The position numbers were made by a program, and so were the translations under genes. DNA of 64,000 nt, from positions 1-64,000 of IMG/VR virus record IMGVR_UViG_3300021976_000010. One strand, written 5' to 3'. How positions within the stretch are numbered: position 1 is the stretch's first letter; each line of letters starts with the position of its first letter. This stretch comes from a virus. The notes beneath the pieces are model-generated. The model had not been told where the DNA came from. It saw only the letters and a list, made by a program, of their open reading frames with translations, and made no database searches. Positions 17,854-26,413 of the stretch are shown piece by piece.

Positions 17854-18593
17854 GAACGCACATCGTCCTGTGGAAGTGGGGACAGGACAATATGATCGGT
17901 GACAGGCGCTACACGTACGAGCACGTCAACGTCATGAACGCCATGCTCCTTCGCAACACCGCGACGATGCAGCGCTCCCCCGTTCGTGTGGTCTGCGTGA
18001 CCGATGAACCGGGCGGTATCGACTGTGATACCTTCAGACTTTGGAGGGACGGCGATAATCTGGTGAACGCGACGAAGCCGACACTACCCTCGTGCTATCG
18101 CCGGCTGAAGCTCTACGACAGGGCCACTCAGCGGGACATGGGCATTGAAGCGGGGGACCGTGTCGTCAGTCTGGACCTCGACACTATCGTGTGCGGGGAC
18201 ATGCGCAGGATACTCGAGACGCAGGGCAGGTTCGTCGGGTGGAAGCTCGCAGGCACCTACCATCCCGAGGTTTACAACGGTTCGTTCCAGATGTTTACCG
18301 CTGGTGACCTCCAGCACATCTGGTCGAGCTTCGATCCGCAGACGTCGCCGCTCGCGGCGAAGCAGGATGGATGGCTGGGTTCTGATCAGGCGTGGCTCTC
18401 CATGAATCTGGTGGGCAAGGAGGGGAGCGTCGACGTGCCCTTTCCCGAGTTCGCGTCATACCCGCTGCATCTACGGATCAGCAGGGCTTTCACCGGCAAG
18501 CATCGGCTTGTCTTCTTTCACGGCCGCGTCAAGCCGTGGTCCACGCAGGCACAGGCTGACTCATCGTGGGTTCAGCGATATTGGAGACAGTGA
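17850..18593 (+). CDS. GT-A glycosyltransferase (GT8-like)
   Basis: KWG..Y..EHVN, CVTD, LDLD, YNGS, SDQ.W, FHG..KPW. Confidence 0.8.
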   Translation: MRTHIVLWKWGQDNMIGDRRYTYEHVNVMNAMLLRNTATMQRSPVRVVCVTDEPGGIDCDTFRLWRDGDNLVNATKPTLPSCYRRLKLYDRATQRDMGIEAGDRVVSLDLDTIVCGDMRRILETQGRFVGWKLAGTYHPEVYNGSFQMFTAGDLQHIWSSFDPQTSPLAAKQDGWLGSDQAWLSMNLVGKEGSVDVPFPEFASYPLHLRISRAFTGKHRLVFFHGRVKPWSTQAQADSSWVQRYWRQ

Positions 18594-20008
18594 TGTTCCA
18601 CTTTACAGACATGGTCATGGAGCTCGACGACGGGGCCAAGGTGCGCAAGACACAGGACGGGTATCTCGCGGCAATGCCGCGCGTTGCCCGCACCGGCATC
18701 CAGCTCTATCGCGGCTCCGAGCTCGGCATCAAGGACAAGGACATTGTCCGTATCTACCGCGCCCCGGAGGAGGTGTTCAAGGCTGATGCGATGAAGTCGT
18801 TCGCGGGCAAGCCTTTCACCGACGACCATCCGAAGAAGCCCGTGGACTCGAAGAGCTGGAAGGATGTCAGTCGCGGCATTGCTGGCGAAGACGTGCTTCG
18901 AGATGGTGAGTACGTGCGAGTTCCCATGGTTCTCATGGACGCTGGCATGGTGCGCAAGGTCGAGGGCGGCAAGATCCAGCTCTCGGCGGGCTACACTTGC
19001 GACATCGCGTGGGGCGAGGGCACCACGCCGACGGGCGAGACCTATGACGGCCGTCAGATCGACATTCGCGTGAATCACATCGCGGTCGTGGATCAGGCGC
19101 GCGGGGGCAGGGTACTGTCCATCGGTGACGCAGCAAAAGTTTCCAACGCCATCATGCTTGGCGTGAAAGCAATTCGGGCGGGAGAGGTCAACGACCTTGA
19201 CCCTCTCGACGGAGGGGCGGGCGCGGTGTGCCTGCTCGACACGGACTACCCGTTCTTGAAGGATGGGAAAGTGCATACTCGCGCTCTGCGGGATGCGAGG
19301 ACGGCAGCACTAGCAGCGGATGACACGAGCGGCCTGCTCGCCATCGACATGCTGTTGGAGTTGATTTCTGACAATGGCAACCAACGGAGAAAACCTGCCA
19401 TGAAGACGATGATTGTTGACGGTATCACCTGCGAAATGTCCGACACCGCCGTCGAGGTGGTGACCCGGGCACTCGCCAAGGCCGCCGACGCCTTCAACTT
19501 CGAAAAGAAGAAGGGCGAGGAGGAGGAAGAGAAAAAGAAGAAGGTCGAAAAGGACAGCGGCGAGGCGATCGCCAAGCTGACCACCGAGAATGCGACCAAG
19601 GATGCGGAGATCGCAACCCTGAAGTCGCAGCTCAAGGATTCGGCCCTCACGCCGGACAAGCTGGACGCGATGGTCAAGGATCGTCAGATCGTGGCCGACA
19701 AGGCGAAGGCCCTGCTTTCGACCGTTGTGGTCGATGGCAAGACCGTCGACGAGGTGATGCGTCAGGTGGTCGACGCCAAGCTCGGCGCCGTTGCCAAGGA
19801 CTGGAAGCCGGAGCAGGTGAAGGTGTCGTTCGACACCCTGACCGCTGGCGTGCAGGCCAAGGACAGCTCGGGCTTTGACGCTACCGCCCGCGCGTTCTCC
19901 ACGCCGCCGATCGGTGATGCGGCTGCGCAGTCCGAAAAGCGGTACGACAGCTATGACGCCAAGATCTCCAACGCTTGGAAGACCCCCGAGCCGGCGACTC
20001 GTCAGTAA
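18593..20008 (+). CDS. prohead protease (DUF2213) fused to scaffold
   Basis: T.DGYL....ARTGIQ.Y, KP.T..HP, LSAGY.C, NHIAVV..ARGG; coiled-coil C-terminal half. Confidence 0.88.
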   Translation: MFHFTDMVMELDDGAKVRKTQDGYLAAMPRVARTGIQLYRGSELGIKDKDIVRIYRAPEEVFKADAMKSFAGKPFTDDHPKKPVDSKSWKDVSRGIAGEDVLRDGEYVRVPMVLMDAGMVRKVEGGKIQLSAGYTCDIAWGEGTTPTGETYDGRQIDIRVNHIAVVDQARGGRVLSIGDAAKVSNAIMLGVKAIRAGEVNDLDPLDGGAGAVCLLDTDYPFLKDGKVHTRALRDARTAALAADDTSGLLAIDMLLELISDNGNQRRKPAMKTMIVDGITCEMSDTAVEVVTRALAKAADAFNFEKKKGEEEEEKKKKVEKDSGEAIAKLTTENATKDAEIATLKSQLKDSALTPDKLDAMVKDRQIVADKAKALLSTVVVDGKTVDEVMRQVVDAKLGAVAKDWKPEQVKVSFDTLTAGVQAKDSSGFDATARAFSTPPIGDAAAQSEKRYDSYDAKISNAWKTPEPATRQ

Positions 20009-20102
20009 CACCCGGGCGCGCGGGCAGGCCCCGCGCGTTCGACCATCGTTTGCCTAACGGCACAGACTATCATCTTCAACATAGCCACAAGGGAAAACTT
20101 CA

Positions 20103-20561
20103 ATGGCTGTTCAGACTTCCTACTCCGAGCGCATGTCGCCTCCCGGTCCGGGCACGATCAGCGGCTCGGATTTCGACACTGTCACCGGTCTCTGCGAAAC
20201 CGCTTCCCCGGGCATTCCGTTCGGTCGCGCTGTCTCGCAGGGCACGCTGTCCGACAAGGGCGTCGTGCTCGGTGGCACCGCAGCCGCGTTCCGTGGCGTC
20301 TCCGTGCGTGACATCACGCTCGGTGCCGAACAGGACGCGTATCTGCCGCCGAACAACGTCGGCATTCTGAAGAAGGGTGAAGTTTGGCTGGAGCCGTCTG
20401 TCGCGGTTGCCGCCAACGACATCGTTCACTTTGACACTGCGACCGGTATCTTCAAGATCTCGGGCGGCATTCTTGTCAAGGGCGCGCGGTGGGTCACCTC
20501 GTGCGGCGTCGGCGGGCGCGCAATCGCCTACTTCGCCGGCTACGACCGCAACGCTACCTAA
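20103..20561 (+). CDS. head decoration/cement protein
   Basis: Lies between protease and MCP; IPFG.AV..G, F.GV.VRD, G.VW. Confidence 0.75.
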   Translation: MAVQTSYSERMSPPGPGTISGSDFDTVTGLCETASPGIPFGRAVSQGTLSDKGVVLGGTAAAFRGVSVRDITLGAEQDAYLPPNNVGILKKGEVWLEPSVAVAANDIVHFDTATGIFKISGGILVKGARWVTSCGVGGRAIAYFAGYDRNAT

Positions 20562-20641
20562 CACCTGACGCGGTCCCACGGGGCCGCGCCAGTCTACCGC
20601 GTTTCCCCTTCAACTCCAACCTCACATGAGGAAGACAAACT

Positions 20642-21601
20642 ATGCGACGTCATATGGTCACTGACCAGCAGGCCATGGGATTTCTCGTTTCCCAGACTGC
20701 TCACATCGAGAGTCAGGTCGTCGAGATCCAGTATCCCGACATCCAGTACCCTGCTCTCATCCCGGTGGATACCTCCGCCAACGAGTGGGCCAAGTCCGTC
20801 TCTTACTACTCGCTGGACAAGGTCGGCAAGGCGAACTGGTTCCACCACACCGCCAAGGACATCCACATCGCCGACGTCGAGCGTGCACAGCACGAAGTCG
20901 GCGTCGAGATGGCCGACATCGGCTATCGCTGGACGCTCGAAGAGCTGGGTCAGGCGATGATGATCCCGGGTATGAACCTGTCCGCCGATCGGGCAGGTGC
21001 GGCCCGCCGTGCCTACGAAGAGTTCGTCGATGACGTGGCTCTTCGCGGCAAGGCGGAGAAGTCGATCTACGGGATCATGAACTATCCCGGGATCACCGCT
21101 GTCCTTGCGTCCAACGTCGGTGGCAACACCACGTGGGATGCCAAGACCGCGGACGAGATCCTCAAGGATGTCAACGATGCACTGACTGGCATGTACGTCA
21201 GCTCGCTCACGGTCGAGATCGCGGATACGATCTTGCTGCCCGTCGGCGCAATGACCATCATCGCCACGAAGCGCATTCCCGACACCACGATGACCGTTCT
21301 CCAGTTCTTGCTGGCGAACAACGTCTACTCGCACCAGACCGGTCGTCCGCTCACCATCCGCACTCTTCGCGGCTTGGAGACGGCAGGCCAGAACGGTTCG
21401 GGCCGCATGATCGCGTATCGTCGGGACCCGCAGGTCCTGAAGATGCACATCCCGATGACTCACAGGTTCCTGCCCGTCTGGCAGACCGGCCCGTTGGTCT
21501 TCGACGTTCCCGGCATCTTCCGTCTCGCTGGACTGGAAGTTCGGCGCCCGGGTGCGGTACGCTACGTCGACGGCATCCTCACTTCGGATGAGCTGTCGTA
21601 A
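20642..21601 (+). CDS. major capsid protein (DUF2184, HK97 fold)
   Basis: Q..IE.......YP.I.Y..LIPV, GY.W..EE, G..N.P, GG-type L....P.A..Y.DGI C-terminus. Confidence 0.92.
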   Translation: MRRHMVTDQQAMGFLVSQTAHIESQVVEIQYPDIQYPALIPVDTSANEWAKSVSYYSLDKVGKANWFHHTAKDIHIADVERAQHEVGVEMADIGYRWTLEELGQAMMIPGMNLSADRAGAARRAYEEFVDDVALRGKAEKSIYGIMNYPGITAVLASNVGGNTTWDAKTADEILKDVNDALTGMYVSSLTVEIADTILLPVGAMTIIATKRIPDTTMTVLQFLLANNVYSHQTGRPLTIRTLRGLETAGQNGSGRMIAYRRDPQVLKMHIPMTHRFLPVWQTGPLVFDVPGIFRLAGLEVRRPGAVRYVDGILTSDELS

Positions 21602-21626
21602 AGCGTCCCTCGTAGCGTAACGCGGG

Positions 21627-21665
21627 CAGGCCGCTGGAGTGACACCCTCCGGCGGCCTGTTTCTT
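21627..21665 (+). terminator. Rho-independent terminator after the MCP gene
   Basis: CAGGCCGCTGGAG-7nt-CTCCGGCGGCCTG followed by TTTCTT. Confidence 0.8.
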
Positions 21666-21687
21666 CAATGGTGTCTGGGATAGGACA

Positions 21688-22296
21688 ATGGAAACCATGC
21701 GAGTAGACCTTATCAATCTCGGCAACGGCCCGCGCGTATTCTATGATCGCAGGAACCTGCCCGTGCTTGTCGGCATTGGCAAGATCGTGGCGGCAGACAT
21801 GGGCGACGAGGTACTCAAGTCACTTCGTGCACCCGGCGAGACTGTCATGGTCGCGGGAGCCGGCGAAGGCAAGATTCCGCAGCCCGTTCAGGAGGTCGTC
21901 AATCTCTTGGCAGTGCTGGCCTTCGAAGAGTACGACACGCTCCTGCGCAGGTTCCTCGCCATCGTGCCGACAAACGATAGCACAAAGATACGGCCCCATC
22001 GTCAGCAGATGCGCGTCGCTCTCACCAATTATGTTGAAGACTTCGTGCGACACGCCGCGCGCAAGGAAGTCCGCGACGACGTCGATCCGGCTCAGCTCGA
22101 GCGAGAGCAGGCTGAAGAAAAGGCGCGTCAGACTCCTCCTCCGCCCGTGCACGAGCCGGCTCCCCCGCCTCCTCCTCAGCACGCGCTGAAGGTGGCGCAG
22201 GCGGCACGCCAGCCCGTGGCCGCGCCCGCGACCGCGCCTGTGCCTGCACGCGCGCCCGCGCGCACGAAGACCGCCCGCAACAAGTCCCGCCGATAA
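21688..22296 (+). CDS. hypothetical head-associated protein with a Pro/Ala-rich tail
   Basis: RBS AGGA; position directly after MCP. Confidence 0.7.
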   Translation: METMRVDLINLGNGPRVFYDRRNLPVLVGIGKIVAADMGDEVLKSLRAPGETVMVAGAGEGKIPQPVQEVVNLLAVLAFEEYDTLLRRFLAIVPTNDSTKIRPHRQQMRVALTNYVEDFVRHAARKEVRDDVDPAQLEREQAEEKARQTPPPPVHEPAPPPPPQHALKVAQAARQPVAAPATAPVPARAPARTKTARNKSRR

Positions 22297-22307
22297 GGAC
22301 TCGATCC

Positions 22308-22694
22308 ATGGCATATGTCGTTCCAACGCTCGAGATATTCCGGGCGAGATTCCCCATCTTCGCCGACAAGGAAGACGCGGTGATCCAGATGATCATCGCT
22401 GAAGCCGCGAGCCGGATCGGTGAGACATGGATCGAGGCCGACTATCAGCCGGCGATTCTGTACCTGTCTGCACACATGCTGGCCACGGACAACAGTGGGG
22501 CGGGGGAGGCGGTGAACGTCGGTGACGGTGCCAACGGTGTCACGGCTGAGTCATTTGGTGGTATGTCCATCACGTATGGCAAGGCGTCATCTTCATCGTC
22601 GAGCGAGCTGGAAGCCGAGTACGGGCGAACCAGCTATGGTCGGCGGTTTCTCGGTCTACTCCGGGCCAACTTCCCCGCAATCGTGAGCATCTAG
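22308..22694 (+). CDS. head-tail adaptor (DUF4054-like)
   Basis: FRARFP.F, L.AH.L, T.YG..F. Confidence 0.8.
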   Translation: MAYVVPTLEIFRARFPIFADKEDAVIQMIIAEAASRIGETWIEADYQPAILYLSAHMLATDNSGAGEAVNVGDGANGVTAESFGGMSITYGKASSSSSSELEAEYGRTSYGRRFLGLLRANFPAIVSI

Positions 22695-22696
22695 CC

Positions 22697-23041
22697 ATGG
22701 ACTACAATCGATCGCGGCAGGTGTGGCACGGTCACATCGCCAAGTGGGGCAGGGGCGTCAACAACGGACTCCTCGTTCGCAACGGAACTCCGCGCCCCGC
22801 GACGATGGCGATGCTGGAGTACACGCCGAAAGAGCGCGGCCTGTTCGCAGACGGTGCCGTTCGCTTCTGGGTATCCGCACTGCACATCTACAATGTCGAG
22901 GCCAATTGGCCGGACAACGAGCTCGACGTTGTTGAATTCAGGCAGCGTCGATATCGCATTCTGCGCCCGCCGTCGGGACAGCAGCCAGACGGCTCGTGGA
23001 TCGCGTTCGATCTGTCCTGTATGTTCTACGAGAGGGTGTGA
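22697..23041 (+). CDS. head closure/stopper protein
   Basis: Position, size and beta-rich sequence. Confidence 0.55.
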   Translation: MDYNRSRQVWHGHIAKWGRGVNNGLLVRNGTPRPATMAMLEYTPKERGLFADGAVRFWVSALHIYNVEANWPDNELDVVEFRQRRYRILRPPSGQQPDGSWIAFDLSCMFYERV

Positions 23042-23766
23042 TGGCCTTCGCACCGAATATGGACATGCGGGTTACGGGTGTGAAGTGGACAAAGAACAAA
23101 GACATTCTGTTTCTTCGCGCCACGTGGGATATCAGTTCTAGGGATCCGCTTGCGCCCAAAGGCATCGCCAAGATTGCGGGCCTGCCATCCGTGTTCATGT
23201 CTGGTCTCGGCCCCCCAAATGCCACTCGTGGCAACATGTTTCTGGGGCCGTATCAAAAGGGCGACCCAGATAGTTCCACCATCGTGGCGAATACCACCGA
23301 ACCGATCAGCGACAAAGCCATGCAGAAGTTTCTGTACTGGACGAAGGCCCCTCCGTTCTTTTCCCGGGCTTACTCCACTGTCAATCACCACTCGGTGTTG
23401 ACAATCAACATAGGGAAGCTGAGGAAGTACGTGGTGAAGGAGGCACTGGACGCTAATCCAAATGCCACACCTCCGACGAGCGCCACGTTCGTGGTCACCG
23501 GCCTCGCGTATTTCAACATCGAGCCGTTCTCGGTCTCGGGATGGGAGCTTGCGGCTTGGGTCACTGGACGCAGGACGTTCCCGATCAATGAGTACACGCT
23601 CTATCCTAAGTGGGACTGGGTAGAGCCGCCCCCGGGGCCGCAGCAGTCTCCGGGCACGACACCTGATGCCGTCCAGTTCTTCTTTAATCCGACGTCGATC
23701 GTTCCGAAGGTTCAGGTCAAGTTGGTATTTGACCCCGTCAAGGTCACTATCACCAAAATCGGTTAG
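23041..23766 (+). CDS. hypothetical protein in the neck region
   Basis: TGATG coupling; 241-aa ORF. Confidence 0.65.
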   Translation: MAFAPNMDMRVTGVKWTKNKDILFLRATWDISSRDPLAPKGIAKIAGLPSVFMSGLGPPNATRGNMFLGPYQKGDPDSSTIVANTTEPISDKAMQKFLYWTKAPPFFSRAYSTVNHHSVLTINIGKLRKYVVKEALDANPNATPPTSATFVVTGLAYFNIEPFSVSGWELAAWVTGRRTFPINEYTLYPKWDWVEPPPGPQQSPGTTPDAVQFFFNPTSIVPKVQVKLVFDPVKVTITKIG

Positions 23767-23776
23767 GAAACGCAAC

Positions 23777-24181
23777 GTGCCCAAGTTCGTGTGGATTCTG
23801 GTGGCGCTGGCAATGACGATGGTTATCGCAGCGTCTGCCGTTCTCATCTGGCGTCACACTGTTGAAGTGGTCCCGCACGCAGCGCCCGCGCCAAAGCCGG
23901 AGCCGATGTCATCTCCAGTTCCAAAGGGTCCGGTGATATCGTACGTCCCGATCGGTTCACCGGCCCAACTGGTTCCCCCGCCTGTCCCCTCACCGGTCAC
24001 GGCGGCTCCCGAGCCTGTACCAGCGCACGCGCCCGCGAAGAAGCGGGCAAAGCCGAAGCCGAAGCCGAAGTCTACCGCCCGTGCAGTACTCCAAAAACAA
24101 TGGGGAGCTAAGCCGGGGGTCGCACCCGCACCTAGTCCGGGATTCTTGGAGGGAATAAGATGGCCGACACTAGGGAACTGA
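23777..24181 (+). CDS. single-TM, Pro-rich membrane protein
   Basis: AGGA RBS plus GTG; N-terminal TM followed by PAPKPEP-type linker. Confidence 0.6.
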   Translation: MPKFVWILVALAMTMVIAASAVLIWRHTVEVVPHAAPAPKPEPMSSPVPKGPVISYVPIGSPAQLVPPPVPSPVTAAPEPVPAHAPAKKRAKPKPKPKSTARAVLQKQWGAKPGVAPAPSPGFLEGIRWPTLGN

Positions 24182-24630
24182 TTCTGGTTCGCATCGCCGC
24201 TATCTGCGTGGCAGAGAAGACGAACGCGGGTATTGTGACAGCCGTGCGCAATCGGGGGCTGCTCAAGACGGAGGCCCGTCCCGCTTGTGTGTTGCTGGAT
24301 GGTGACGAGACGCCGAAGCTCGTGCACAACAATCGACGGCAGGGCCGCGCCATGCTTATGACTCCTCAGGTCATGATCATGCGACCCGAGTTGTACATCC
24401 TACTCGAAGAGAAGTCGCCCCTGCCCGATGATGTGGGGCCGCAGCTCAATGCGAAACGAATTGCCTTGGTCGCGGCTATCGCCGGGGACATGGCTCTGGC
24501 GACCCTGCTCGGGTCGAACGGCGGAATGGTCTACAACGGATGCGTGACCGACTTGAAGTCCGGGTCTTCGCTCACCGGCCAAATGCGATTGGACTTCGCA
24601 TACACCTACACGTTCTTCCCAACTGAATAG
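24160..24630 (+). CDS. tail terminator protein
   Basis: D.RE.IL.R, RN, P...LLDG.E; directly before the tail tube gene. Confidence 0.65.
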   Translation: MADTRELILVRIAAICVAEKTNAGIVTAVRNRGLLKTEARPACVLLDGDETPKLVHNNRRQGRAMLMTPQVMIMRPELYILLEEKSPLPDDVGPQLNAKRIALVAAIAGDMALATLLGSNGGMVYNGCVTDLKSGSSLTGQMRLDFAYTYTFFPTE

Positions 24631-24642
24631 GAGCTATTCCTA

Positions 24643-25191
24643 ATGCCCACTCCCACAATGGAATCCCCGAACGTCGGCAACCTTCAGGTCGGCAAGGGGA
24701 TTGTCACGTTTCACAAGACCGGCGACGCAGGCTTTCGCGACCTCGGCAACGTCACATCGCTTGTCGTCACGCCCGCGATTGAGACCCTTGAGCACTTCAG
24801 CTCGCGCGAGGGTGTTCGCAAGAAGGACCTTGTCATCACTCTCGAGCAGGGCGGCACAGTGACGATGGTGATGGAGGAATTCACCGCGTACAATCTCTCT
24901 ATCATGACGCTTGGTTCGATGGATGAGGCGGCTGTCGGTGGCCCGGAGGTAGAGATCTTTGCTGCCACGGCAATCACCGGCCACCTGCGTTTCGTCGGCA
25001 CCAATGACGTTGGTCCGAAGATCACGCTCGATCTTTGGAACGTGTCGTTTACTCCGACCGGCGATCTCCAGATGATCTCCGATGAGTGGAACAACATGGA
25101 AGTCGAGGGCGAGGTGCTCGTCGCTGCCGATGGTGCCAATGTTGGCAAGTTCGGCCTCGCCAAGTTTACGAACGTCACCGACGTCTCCTAA
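24643..25191 (+). CDS. major tail tube protein
   Basis: GKG......RDLGN....TP..E.LEHFSSR.G...KD...E.T..NL. Confidence 0.85.
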   Translation: MPTPTMESPNVGNLQVGKGIVTFHKTGDAGFRDLGNVTSLVVTPAIETLEHFSSREGVRKKDLVITLEQGGTVTMVMEEFTAYNLSIMTLGSMDEAAVGGPEVEIFAATAITGHLRFVGTNDVGPKITLDLWNVSFTPTGDLQMISDEWNNMEVEGEVLVAADGANVGKFGLAKFTNVTDVS

Positions 25192-25251
25192 GACGCCGGC
25201 TCACCCAACTCATGCGGCTCAGCCCGCCAAGGTAACAGGAACACCATTCCA

Positions 25252-25734
25252 ATGGTCAGTCTAGTCGATATTGCAAACGTCAAGCTTCCCACGGTGCCCG
25301 TTCGCGGGCAAGACGTGGACGTCAATGGTCTCACCGCAGACCATATCGCGGCCATCATGTTCGAAATGCCGGAGATCCGCAAGATCATGTCCATGAAAGT
25401 GGCTGATCATGAGATTGTGGTCGCTCTCGTGGCTCGATTGCCCGAGGCCGTCGCCTTGATCATTGCGGCGGGCACTGGTCACGCTGGTGAAAAGCCGCAC
25501 ATCGACGCCGCAAGAGGCCTCGGGATCGGCGAGCAGTACTCGCTGCTCGAGGGCATTCTCAGTGCGACATTCCCCCAAGGTGTAAAGTCTTTCATGGACG
25601 GGGTCGCCGCGCTCGTCAACCAGTCCGGCGCGCGTGGATGGGTTCCGGGTATGAAATCGCCCGAGCCATCCAGCGGTGCGTCGCCGCAGGCCGCTCAGAG
25701 CGAGACTGTTGGAACAGTACACCCCGACAGCTGA
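25252..25734 (+). CDS. tail assembly chaperone (gpG-like)
   Basis: Lies between tail tube and TMP genes; overlapped by a -1 frame ORF. Confidence 0.7.
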   Translation: MVSLVDIANVKLPTVPVRGQDVDVNGLTADHIAAIMFEMPEIRKIMSMKVADHEIVVALVARLPEAVALIIAAGTGHAGEKPHIDAARGLGIGEQYSLLEGILSATFPQGVKSFMDGVAALVNQSGARGWVPGMKSPEPSSGASPQAAQSETVGTVHPDS

Positions 25735-25871
25735 GTGCGTGGATGGAGCTCATCGCGCGTGAAGAATCCCGTCGAAACGCTGTGATGCTCGATCTCATGC
25801 GAGCGGCAGAGCATGGCAGTTCCCGGGGCTTCAAGGAGTTTAGCAAGAAACTCACGGAGATGGGCGCGTGA
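25638..25871 (+). CDS. tail assembly chaperone -1 frameshift extension (gpT-like)
   Basis: Open -1 frame carrying the W..TPRQ motif, ending at the next gene start. Confidence 0.55.
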   Translation: MGSGYEIARAIQRCVAAGRSERDCWNSTPRQLSAWMELIAREESRRNAVMLDLMRAAEHGSSRGFKEFSKKLTEMGA

Positions 25872-26413
25872 CAATCACTCTGAAGTACACAGACGGCAAG
25901 CAAATCGGACGCCGGTTCAAGACGAAAGTCAAGGTGTTCGACGAGTCGCGTATTCTGGCGGTGCAGGCCGCCGCGAAGCGTGCGTCTGAAGAAATGGTTG
26001 ACGAGGGGCGGGCGGATATCAGGGCCGGAGGAAACTTCGGCTCTGCCCGCTGGCAAGACGGTCTCGAGGCCCGGGTATCTTACGAGAGCCGGCAGGACAT
26101 CAACATCCGCATTACTCACGCGGTGTTTTATTGGCGTGTCTTCGAGGAGGGGGCTGTCATACACGGCAAGCCCCTCCTCTGGATTCCACTGTCGTTTGGA
26201 GATTCCGACGGTGTTCGCGCACGCGACTACCCGGGGCAATTGTTCCGCGTCGATCGCGCGGGCAAGGCTCCACTCTTGATGAGCGACAGCGGCCCGCAGT
26301 ATTTCGGCAAGGAGTCGGTCACGATTCCGAAGAAGTGGCACTTGCGTGATGTCGTAGCGAAGGTTAGCCGCAGACTCGGCAGATACTACAGAGAGGCGTT
26401 TCGAAATGGCTGA
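25868..26413 (+). CDS. neck/tail completion protein (HK97 gp10-like)
   Basis: FE.G..I.GKP.LWIPL; position in the tail operon. Confidence 0.55.
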   Translation: MTITLKYTDGKQIGRRFKTKVKVFDESRILAVQAAAKRASEEMVDEGRADIRAGGNFGSARWQDGLEARVSYESRQDINIRITHAVFYWRVFEEGAVIHGKPLLWIPLSFGDSDGVRARDYPGQLFRVDRAGKAPLLMSDSGPQYFGKESVTIPKKWHLRDVVAKVSRRLGRYYREAFRNG

